From an uncultured bacterium (GTDB lineage: Bacteria > Omnitrophota > Gorgyraeia > Duberdicusellales > CBEUCJ01), in the NCBI GenBank assembly GCA_965541615.1, contig CBEUCJ010000006.1, positions 1-57,675 on the forward strand: a stretch of DNA of 57,675 bases. The letters are read 5' to 3'. The position numbers were made by a program, and so were the translations under genes. The notes beneath the pieces are model-generated. The model worked only from the letters and a program-made list of their open reading frames with translations, made no database searches and had not been told where the DNA came from. Shown piece by piece: positions 17,798 to 25,580 of this stretch (its first letter is position 1; every line of letters starts with the position of its first letter).

Positions 17798-19390
17798 ATG
17801 GAAAAGCATTTTTCTAAAAAAGATGAACTAAATTATATGCTTGAGATTTCAGAGAAGCTAAATATTCCTTTTATAAGAATCTCTCAATATCAAATCCCCA
17901 AAGAATTACTCAATCTCATTCCAGAAAAAATAGCCCGCAATTATAAAGTTATTCCTGTAGCTAAATTCGGTCCAGTACTCACTTTAGCTATGGTAAATCC
18001 TCTCAACTTAATGATTTTAGATGAGTTGCGTTATTTAATAGGATTAGAGATAACCCCTGTAGTAAGCACTTCTTCAGAAATCTTGGAAGCAATAGAAATT
18101 TATTATAAGCCTTCTTTTGAGATGAGTATAGAGAAGTTAAAAGAAGAAAGGACAAAAGAAATAACCATTGAGAAGACAACAGCTGAAGAAGAAGAGTTAG
18201 ATATCTATAAACTTACAGAGATGAGTTCACAAGAAAAGGTAGTAAACACCCTCAATAATATTATCTTGGAAGCTTTGAAATCTAAAGCGAGTGACATTCA
18301 TATAGAACCCTATCAAGAACATATCAGAATCCGTTACAGAATAGATGGTGTTTTGACAGAAAAAATGACTCTTCCAAAAGATATGCAAGATGCACTTTTA
18401 GCCAGGATAAAAATAATGTCTAAATTAGATATTACTCAAAGGAAAATTCCCCAAGATGGCAGATTTACTATAAATTTTGAAGACAGAAACATAGATTTTA
18501 GAGTTTCAATTTTACCTACATACTTTGGAGAAAAAGGAGTCTTAAGGATTTTAGATAAAGGAAGAATGAAGTTAGATTTAAGAAGTTTAGGTTTTTCTGA
18601 GCGTGCTTTTGAAATATACAAAGAAGCTATCTTTTCTCCTTTTGGTATCATATTAATCACAGGTCCTACAGGTTCTGGAAAATCAACTACTCTGTACTCT
18701 ATGCTAAATGAGTTAAATACACCTGAAAAAAACATAGTTACAATTGAAGATCCAATAGAATACCATCTGAAAGGTATTGCTCAAATCCAGATAAAGCCAG
18801 AAATCGGTTTAGACTTTGCTCAATGTTTAAGGAGTGTTTTAAGACAATCTCCAGATGTGATTATGGTAGGTGAGATAAGAGACTTTGAGACAGCAGACAT
18901 TGCTATGAAATCTGCTCTAACAGGACATTTGGTTCTAACTACCCTTCACACAAATGATGCTCCATCAGCTATAACCAGATTGTTAGATATGGGAATAGAG
19001 CCTTTTTTGATAGCAGGTGCTTTAAGAATGGTTTCAGCTCAAAGATTGGTAAGAAAGTTATGTGATTACTGTAAAGAGAGTTATATCATAGATAAAAGGA
19101 GTTTAGAAAAATTTGGTATCTTTGTTGATAAAGAAGAAGTCGTTTTATACAGAGCTACTGGTTGTAATGAGTGTGATAGAGTAGGTTATAAAGGAAGAGA
19201 AGCTATAGTAGAAGCGTTTTTAGTAGATGATACTTTAAGAGAGATGATAATTCAGAGAGCCCCTCTCTTAGATATTAAAAAGTATCTGAAATCAACAGGA
19301 ATGCATACTTTACGTGAAGATGGTTTTCTGAAAGCTTTAAAAGGAGCTACTTCCTTAGAAGAAGTAATAAGAGTAACTGCCCAATTTTGA
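17798..19390 (+). CDS. pilB: Full-length PilB/GspE-family type IV pilus / type II secretion ATPase
   Basis: T2SSE_N-like N-domain without the MshEN 24-mer motifs. Walker A GPTGSGKST, DPDVIMVGEIRD, TGHLVLTTLHT, and CDYC...GCNEC. A GspE (T2SS) assignment cannot be excluded. Confidence 0.85.
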   Translation: MEKHFSKKDELNYMLEISEKLNIPFIRISQYQIPKELLNLIPEKIARNYKVIPVAKFGPVLTLAMVNPLNLMILDELRYLIGLEITPVVSTSSEILEAIEIYYKPSFEMSIEKLKEERTKEITIEKTTAEEEELDIYKLTEMSSQEKVVNTLNNIILEALKSKASDIHIEPYQEHIRIRYRIDGVLTEKMTLPKDMQDALLARIKIMSKLDITQRKIPQDGRFTINFEDRNIDFRVSILPTYFGEKGVLRILDKGRMKLDLRSLGFSERAFEIYKEAIFSPFGIILITGPTGSGKSTTLYSMLNELNTPEKNIVTIEDPIEYHLKGIAQIQIKPEIGLDFAQCLRSVLRQSPDVIMVGEIRDFETADIAMKSALTGHLVLTTLHTNDAPSAITRLLDMGIEPFLIAGALRMVSAQRLVRKLCDYCKESYIIDKRSLEKFGIFVDKEEVVLYRATGCNECDRVGYKGREAIVEAFLVDDTLREMIIQRAPLLDIKKYLKSTGMHTLREDGFLKALKGATSLEEVIRVTAQF

Positions 19391-19446
19391 ACCCCTTTCT
19401 TTTTATAGATTTTCTTTTTTTAAATATGGTATAATTTAAAGGAGGT

Positions 19447-21342
19447 ATGAAACATAAATATCTTTTTTTTATTTTTTTATTCTTCTTTTTGAAATATGGA
19501 TTCTCTCAAGATCCAATATCTCCTAAAATTAGAGTAGAAGGTGATACTCAAATAAAGTTTGGAACTTTAAGATTAAAACCTGTAAAAGACACCCCTCCTG
19601 CTTCTCCTCAATTAGGAGATTTGTATTTTGATGGGACTTATCTTTATACTTGGGATGGCTCAAATTGGGTGCAAGTTTCAGAAGAAGGTTCACTTTTCTT
19701 TAATGATGCAGATAATTCCTTATATTTTTATGATGGAGCTCAGTGGCAAAAATTAGGAGAAGGTGAAGGTCCTAAAAAAATAGCTACAAGGATAGTAGCA
19801 GCATCTGACTCTCCAGATAAAAGCAGAGCAGACTATATCTGTGATGGAACAGATGACCAAGAAGAAATAAATCAAGCAATAATAGATGTGTATTTTAATC
19901 AAAATAATCCAGGTTTGGGAGGTTCAGTTTATTTATTAGCTGGAACTTACAATATAAGTGATAATACATCTATTACTTACACAAAACCAGATGGCACTAC
20001 TTTAACTTATTCAACTCCAGGCATCGTTTTATACTCTAATATCTCCTTAATAGGTGAAGGAGCAGGCACAGTTTTAAAAGCAGTTTCTGGCACAGCTTAC
20101 GATATAATAAATGTAATTGGCTCTTCTACAGAGTTTCTCAAAGGTGCTTTTATTTCCCAATTAAGAGTAGATGGAAATAAAGCTAATGTGTCAGGTACAC
20201 ACAATGGAATTTATTTTAAGTATGCTCAGAATTCAAAAATTACAAAAGTATGGATTGAAAATTGTTCAGGTTCTGCAATAAAATTGGAAAACTCTTCTTA
20301 TAATATTTTCTCTAAAAGTTTTCTATTAAATTGCTCAAAAGGAATTTACTTTGATTCAAGTTCTAATAACATCATTGCAAAAAATATAATTGAAAATATA
20401 CCTGAAGGAGCTATATACTTTGCTTCAACTTCAGATAGCAATTATAACATAATAGAAAGCAATATTATTTACAATTTAACAGGAACAGTTACTACAGGAG
20501 CTATAAGATTACATGGTGATTACAATATTTTTTTGGCAAACCATATTACAAGTTCTAAAATAGGAGGCGTTTTAATAGAAGGTGATTACAATCTTTTATA
20601 TTCAAATCTATTAAGTGGTTTAGAAAATTTCGGAGTCAATTTATCTGGTTCTACTTACAATCTTTTATCTTCAAACCACATTCATTTAGGTTCTTCTAAT
20701 TCAGCTTATGGGATAAAAATAGAGTCGAGTTCAGATTCTAATCTTTTAGTGGGAAATTATATTTGGGACCAAGAAGATGATTTTGCTTCACTTTCAATCC
20801 TTGATTCAGATAAACTCCTCATAGCTTCCAATTACATACTTTATCCTGGAATCCCTGATTATGGGATTGAAATAGATAGTCTTTCAAAAGATAACTATAT
20901 TGTAGGAAATCAAATAATAGATAGCAGCACAAATTCTCCAGGAAATATAAAGGACAATGGCACAAATACTCAGTATACTCAAAAAGAAAAAATGACAATA
21001 GAAAAGTATACTTTTCCTTATCCATCTATTTCTTCTCCTTATAAATTAGATACTTTTGTCAATGTACGGGCTCACAGTTATATAGCTTTTAATATTAACA
21101 GAGCAGGCACTTATACTGTTTATTTAACGACAGGCAAATCTCCAGGTGACATACTTATCTTAGAGAACAAGACCAATAATAAAAATAACTTTATTAGAGT
21201 CTATGATTATACTGATCCTGGTTCTCCTTCAGGAAATGCAATAAATTTAAGTGTTTCTTACATAGATTTAGGCAAAAATGATGTTTTAAAACTGATCTGG
21301 AATGGAACTCACTGGATTGAATTAGAACATATTGATAACTAA
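19447..21342 (+). CDS. Secreted right-handed parallel beta-helix (PbH1/NosD-like) repeat protein, paralog 1 of 4
   Basis: Signal peptide ending GFS/QD. N-terminal motif duplicated (GDLYFDGTYLYTWDGSNWVQV and NSLYFYDGAQWQKL). DYICDGTDDQEEINQAI and GGSVYLLAGTYN. Many N.I..N-type beta-helix turns. Conserved ~130-aa C-terminal module ending LKLIWNGTHWIELEHIDN. Confidence 0.75.
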   Translation: MKHKYLFFIFLFFFLKYGFSQDPISPKIRVEGDTQIKFGTLRLKPVKDTPPASPQLGDLYFDGTYLYTWDGSNWVQVSEEGSLFFNDADNSLYFYDGAQWQKLGEGEGPKKIATRIVAASDSPDKSRADYICDGTDDQEEINQAIIDVYFNQNNPGLGGSVYLLAGTYNISDNTSITYTKPDGTTLTYSTPGIVLYSNISLIGEGAGTVLKAVSGTAYDIINVIGSSTEFLKGAFISQLRVDGNKANVSGTHNGIYFKYAQNSKITKVWIENCSGSAIKLENSSYNIFSKSFLLNCSKGIYFDSSSNNIIAKNIIENIPEGAIYFASTSDSNYNIIESNIIYNLTGTVTTGAIRLHGDYNIFLANHITSSKIGGVLIEGDYNLLYSNLLSGLENFGVNLSGSTYNLLSSNHIHLGSSNSAYGIKIESSSDSNLLVGNYIWDQEDDFASLSILDSDKLLIASNYILYPGIPDYGIEIDSLSKDNYIVGNQIIDSSTNSPGNIKDNGTNTQYTQKEKMTIEKYTFPYPSISSPYKLDTFVNVRAHSYIAFNINRAGTYTVYLTTGKSPGDILILENKTNNKNNFIRVYDYTDPGSPSGNAINLSVSYIDLGKNDVLKLIWNGTHWIELEHIDN

Positions 21343-21344
21343 AA

Positions 21345-21854
21345 ATGATTTATGAAGAGGTTTTTAAAGAGTTAAATAAAAGAAAAGTTAAATATGTAGT
21401 AGTAGGAGGCATAGCTCTGGTCTTATATGGTATATTACGCTTTACTGCAGATTTGGATTTAGTAATTCATTTAGAAGAAAAAAATATAGATAGATTCTTC
21501 AAAGCGATCAAAAATTTAGGTTTTAAACCAAAAGTTCCTGTTACAGAAGAAGAATTTAAAGATAAGAAAAAGAGAGCTGAATGGATAAAAAAGAAAAATA
21601 TGATAGTATTCTCTTTTTATCATCCAAAAGACCCCCTTAAAATAATAGATGTCTTTATAAAAGAGCCAATAAAATTTGAATCTCTTTATAAACAGGCAAA
21701 AAAAATAAAAGTAAAAAAGATTACCATTCCTTTAGCTTCTCTCAAGCATCTAAGACAACTTAAAAAAAGAGCAAAAAGAGAAAAGGATTTTATAGATTTA
21801 ATTAAGCTTAAAGATTTTGAAAAAATAGAAAAAGATGAAAAGAAAAAAATTTAA
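21345..21854 (+). CDS. Small nucleotidyltransferase-fold protein (DUF-type, toxin-antitoxin-like)
   Basis: VKYVVVGGIALVLYGILRFTADLDLVI matches the GG...D.D minimal nucleotidyltransferase signature. C-terminal KREKDFIDLIKL. Confidence 0.55.
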   Translation: MIYEEVFKELNKRKVKYVVVGGIALVLYGILRFTADLDLVIHLEEKNIDRFFKAIKNLGFKPKVPVTEEEFKDKKKRAEWIKKKNMIVFSFYHPKDPLKIIDVFIKEPIKFESLYKQAKKIKVKKITIPLASLKHLRQLKKRAKREKDFIDLIKLKDFEKIEKDEKKKI

Positions 21855-21939
21855 AGAAGATCATTTAGATTTATATTTAAAGTCTACTTATCTGCAAAGA
21901 TTAAACTGGTTAGAAAAAGCTCATGAATTTGTTAAAAAG

Positions 21940-23637
21940 ATGATAAAACTGAGTAAAAAAATTAAAGACCTTAAAAAGTTACTTTTCATTTTATTATTTA
22001 TTTTTCTTTTTATCTCTTACTCTTTTTCTGCAAAACTCAATATACCTGACAGCTTAATCATAGAAAGAACTCTTTATTTGGTCCCTCAATCAACACCACC
22101 TACTTGTGATGCAGATTCAGAAGGAAAGATATACTATGATGCAAATGATAAGACTATAAAATACTGTGATGGTTCTGGTTGGAAAGATTTAAGAGGAAAA
22201 GAAAGATCAGTAGCTACAGTAATAGTTGCAGCTAAAGACTCCTTAGATACAGTATGTGATGCTTCAGGTTGTACAAATGAAAGAGCAGATTTTACTTGCG
22301 ATGGAATAAGTGACCAAGTAGAGATAAATCAGGCAATTAATTCTTTGCCTCCTGAAGGAGGGGCAGTCTATTTATTAGAAGGAACATATAATTTAACTGG
22401 TAGTATACATATTAACAAAGATAATGTTTCTTTAATTGGACAGGGAAGAGGAACAATACTGAAAATAAATGGTATAGTTATAAATGCAAGTGGAACTTCT
22501 AGTGATCCTTTAACAGGTATTTTGATTTCTAAATTGAAAATAGAAGGTGAGCTTAGGTTTAATTGTATAGAAAAATCTGCAATTAATAGTCTATGGATTA
22601 AAACTCTACATGATGTTCACTGCTCTAATTATAAACACAATATTTTCTCAGAAAATTTCTTAAAAACTTCTATGGGGAGTTTATGGGTAAATTCTTCTTC
22701 TTCAAATATTTTTGCAAATAATATATTTGAAGGTTTAGAGTTATGGCTTACAGCTAATAGTAATAATAACATAGTAGAAAGTAATATAATTTATAATGTG
22801 CCATTTTATATGGGAGTTGGAATTATATATCTTCAAGATAAAGGAAATATTATTATGGGAAATAGTATACATAATTGTCCAGCAGAACCGACCGGAATAG
22901 GAGTTCGGTTTAATGCAAGTAACAATGTTATCTGCGCTAATAGTATATTTGATGTTAAATTATATGGAATACTTCTTAGCTCATCCCCAGAAGAAAACCT
23001 TGTATCTTCAAATCTAATTCATCTCCTCTCTTCAAATAATGCAAAAGGAATTGATTTAGCTTTTGACAAAAATCTTGTTACAGCAAATCTTATAAAAGAA
23101 GAAGCAAGTTGTAATGCTTTACACTTAAACTCTTTATCTAATGAAAATCTTATTACTTTCAATTATATAGATTCTTCTTATACTTCAGGATATGCAGTTG
23201 ATAATGATGGTTCAGATAACTATTTTGTAGGAAATCAGATAGTTGCACCTAATGCTTTAAAATTTTCTGATGATGGCACAAATACTCAACACATTCAAAA
23301 AGAAAAAATAACACTTGAACGCCAGACTGTAACTTTATCTTCTTCACCTGCAACTTTAGAAGTAGCTACTACTCCTCGTGGGTATGTAGTTTTTGATACA
23401 GGAGGTTCAAACATTCAATTAGGAGACCCAGCAAACAATATTAATGCAATAAATGATGGAAAAGCTCAAGGAGATTTACTCATCTTAGAAGGACCTTCAT
23501 CAGGTTCAGTCACAATTAAAAATGGAGCAAATGTTAAGTTAAAAGGAGGTTTAGATAGAACTTTACAATCTGAAGATACTCTGACTCTAATCTGGAATGG
23601 TTCTGATTGGATTGAAATAGCTTACAGCGATAATTGA
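21940..23637 (+). CDS. Secreted beta-helix repeat protein, paralog 2 of 4
   Basis: The ORF is open from ATG 21835, but a typical signal peptide (MIKLSKKIKDLKKLLFILLFIFLFISYSFS/AK) begins at ATG 21940. Family motifs: GKIYYDANDKTIKYCDGSGW, FTCDGISDQVEINQAI, GGAVYLLEGTYN, and the C-terminal GDLLILEG...LTLIWNGSDWIEIAYSDN. Confidence 0.75.
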   Translation: MIKLSKKIKDLKKLLFILLFIFLFISYSFSAKLNIPDSLIIERTLYLVPQSTPPTCDADSEGKIYYDANDKTIKYCDGSGWKDLRGKERSVATVIVAAKDSLDTVCDASGCTNERADFTCDGISDQVEINQAINSLPPEGGAVYLLEGTYNLTGSIHINKDNVSLIGQGRGTILKINGIVINASGTSSDPLTGILISKLKIEGELRFNCIEKSAINSLWIKTLHDVHCSNYKHNIFSENFLKTSMGSLWVNSSSSNIFANNIFEGLELWLTANSNNNIVESNIIYNVPFYMGVGIIYLQDKGNIIMGNSIHNCPAEPTGIGVRFNASNNVICANSIFDVKLYGILLSSSPEENLVSSNLIHLLSSNNAKGIDLAFDKNLVTANLIKEEASCNALHLNSLSNENLITFNYIDSSYTSGYAVDNDGSDNYFVGNQIVAPNALKFSDDGTNTQHIQKEKITLERQTVTLSSSPATLEVATTPRGYVVFDTGGSNIQLGDPANNINAINDGKAQGDLLILEGPSSGSVTIKNGANVKLKGGLDRTLQSEDTLTLIWNGSDWIEIAYSDN

Positions 23638-23647
23638 AAATAAAACC

Positions 23648-23805
23648 TTGGACACATCCGGAGTGTCCAAAGAACAAAGGTTGAGATGGGTGCCCAAAGA
23701 ACAAGATTGAGATTTGAGGAAATAAAGAAAGTTGTAAGTGAGAAACAAAAAAGGACAGTCCTTAAATGTTACACTTCTGGGGTGTCCAAAAAAACAAGGT
23801 TGAAA
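23648..23805. promoter_or_regulatory. Intergenic palindrome plus direct-repeat cluster upstream of, or overlapping, the start of paralog 3
   Basis: An 8-bp-stem palindrome TTGGACAC-atccgga-GTGTCCAA at 23648-23670. Three copies of GTG(T/C)CCAAA(G/A)AACAAG(G/A)TTGA(G/A)A at 23663-23686, 23690-23712 and 23782-23805. A further palindrome AAGGACAGTCCTT near 23749-23761. Confidence 0.4.
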
Positions 23806-25485
23806 AAAACGATCTTTAAAAAAATTAATTTATTCTTTCTTTTATTTTATTTTCTGCTTTCTCTTTCTTTCTCCCAACAAGACAACCTCTGTATAAAAGG
23901 CACCCTTCAAACTCAAACTCTAACTATAAAAGGTTCAGATACTCTGCCTGCTTCTCCTACAAAAGGTGAAATCTACTACAAAACAGATGAAGATACAATC
24001 TACTTTTATGATGGCTCACAATGGCAGAAAATAGGAGAAGGTCAAGACAAAACAGTAGCTTCTCAAATAGTAAGAACCCAAAACTCAAGATATGATGCAG
24101 ACAAAACCTGTGATGGAACAGATGATCAACAAGAAATTCAACAGGCAATAAATGATTTGGGAAATGATAAAGGTGCAGTTTATTTATTAGAGGGAGAGTA
24201 TAATCTTTCAGCTCTTGTCAGATTAGATTCACAAAATAGTCCTAATTATGATGGAATAAGTGATTTTAATAAGTCTATAATTGGAACAGGTGCAGGGAGT
24301 TTATTAAAAACAGATAGCCAAACGAACATAATTGAACTTTATTATAGTTGGGGAACTAAAAGAAGAAACCTTCTTTCTCAATTTAGAATGGATGGAAATA
24401 AAGTAGGATACGAGGGAATATATGCAATGTATCTTGCTCACAGTTTAATAGACAATGTTTGGGCAAGTAAGTTTTACTGTATAGGAATTAATTTAGGGAA
24501 TGCAAAAAAAAGTATACTTACTTCCTCTTTTGCTGAACAATGTAATTCTCGTTGGTTTTCTTCTGGAATGGGAGCTTATCCATGGGCAGGTTTTAGCTCT
24601 TCAATTCTTGCTAACAATATTAGTATAAGAAATTCACATGGAATTTGTACAGCAAAAGGGATATACAGTAGTATTATTTCTTTTAATATTGCTGGATATA
24701 TTTCTCATATACACAGTGCTAGTATGTATAATAATATCTTTATAGGAAATATTTTTTCTTTAAGCCATCAACAACCTGGGCATTGTATAGTGGTAGGAAA
24801 TAAGGGAGGAAATATAGGGCTTTTTATTGCATCCTTTAATATGGTTTCTTCCTGCAATGTAGCATCTATTGGTTTTGGCTGGTGGTGGTTGGATGATCAT
24901 TTTAATATAATATGGGGAAATATAGCTTCAAGAGACACGGGAACTTTAATTGGAATGAAAAGACATAAATATGGGTTAATTTCTTCTAATTTATGTTTTT
25001 GTACATCAGCTACTATTGGAAGTTGGCGTTGGTGTTGGCGTGGAATTGCTATTACAAACGCATATGGAGGTATTAGTACAGGTGTATATTTTGTAGGTAA
25101 TCTCATTGAAGGGGGCCCATTTTCTCAACAAATTAAAGTCGAAGATCAGGGTACTTCCACCTTCTACACAGACAAACTCAAACTCACTCTTGAAGGAAAA
25201 CCCCTTGATATCTCTAATTCAACTTATACTCTGGATATGACCACAAACCCAAGAACTTACTTTCAATTAAACCCTCAAGTTGATACTACTCTTTCTCTAC
25301 AAGATGGAAAATCACCTGGAGACCTACTCATCTTAGAAAATACAAGTTCTTCTTATACTATTACTATCTCTGAATCAAGAAATATAGAATTAGAAAAAAA
25401 CACTTTAACTTTAGGAGAAAATGACACCTTAATGCTCTTATGGGATGGAACAAAATGGATACAAACAGCTTATGCTGATAATTGA
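23686..25485 (+). CDS. Secreted beta-helix-family protein, paralog 3 of 4 (mosaic partner of paralog 4)
   Basis: ATG 23686 has AAGG 5 nt upstream but gives a 48-aa basic N-region. TTG 23800 would give a canonical signal peptide (MKKTIFKKINLFFLLFYFLLSLSFS/QQ). The N-terminal ~118 codons and C-terminal ~111 codons match paralog 4 with a single synonymous difference. The core is divergent and Trp/Cys-rich (GWWWLDD, SWRWCWRG). Confidence 0.7.
   Translation: MGAQRTRLRFEEIKKVVSEKQKRTVLKCYTSGVSKKTRLKKTIFKKINLFFLLFYFLLSLSFSQQDNLCIKGTLQTQTLTIKGSDTLPASPTKGEIYYKTDEDTIYFYDGSQWQKIGEGQDKTVASQIVRTQNSRYDADKTCDGTDDQQEIQQAINDLGNDKGAVYLLEGEYNLSALVRLDSQNSPNYDGISDFNKSIIGTGAGSLLKTDSQTNIIELYYSWGTKRRNLLSQFRMDGNKVGYEGIYAMYLAHSLIDNVWASKFYCIGINLGNAKKSILTSSFAEQCNSRWFSSGMGAYPWAGFSSSILANNISIRNSHGICTAKGIYSSIISFNIAGYISHIHSASMYNNIFIGNIFSLSHQQPGHCIVVGNKGGNIGLFIASFNMVSSCNVASIGFGWWWLDDHFNIIWGNIASRDTGTLIGMKRHKYGLISSNLCFCTSATIGSWRWCWRGIAITNAYGGISTGVYFVGNLIEGGPFSQQIKVEDQGTSTFYTDKLKLTLEGKPLDISNSTYTLDMTTNPRTYFQLNPQVDTTLSLQDGKSPGDLLILENTSSSYTITISESRNIELEKNTLTLGENDTLMLLWDGTKWIQTAYADN
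23848..24201 (+). repeat. Repeat block A, copy 1 (5' end of paralog 3)
   Basis: 354 bp matching 25641-25994 at a constant offset of 1793. By eye there is one mismatch (24180 T versus 25973 G, synonymous Val). Confidence 0.9.
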
Positions 25486-25492
25486 TTATTAT
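25154..25492 (+). repeat. Repeat block B, copy 1 (3' end of paralog 3 plus 7 nt past the stop)
   Basis: 339 bp matching 26989-27327 at a constant offset of 1835. No mismatch seen by eye, and the encoded 111 aa are identical. Confidence 0.9.
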
Positions 25493-25522
25493 TTAAAATA
25501 AAATTTTTTATCCCAAACCATG

Positions 25523-25556
25523 TGGACACCTCCGGAGTGTCCAAGGATGTTGAAAG
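25523..25556. promoter_or_regulatory. Second copy of the GGACAC/GTGTCC palindrome element, between paralogs 3 and 4
   Basis: TGGACAC-ctccgga-GTGTCCA at 25523-25543, followed by a shortened version of the CCAAGG..GTTGAAAG motif (25537-25556). Confidence 0.4.
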
Positions 25557-25580
25557 TTTTTAAAACTGAGAAGAAGAATA

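Noticed and set aside
23648-23670. The GGACAC/GTGTCC hairpins (also at 25523-25543) as ordinary rho-independent terminators of the preceding paralog genes.
   Set aside because: Neither hairpin is followed by a T-tract on the + strand, and the 3' arm is part of a longer repeated motif. They are kept as unexplained regulatory candidates instead.
23957-24148. Two identical 63-aa antisense ORFs (23957..24148 and 25750..25941), which might look like a conserved small gene.
   Set aside because: Their identity is simply a consequence of lying inside repeat block A of paralogs 3 and 4. There is no start context or recognisable motif.
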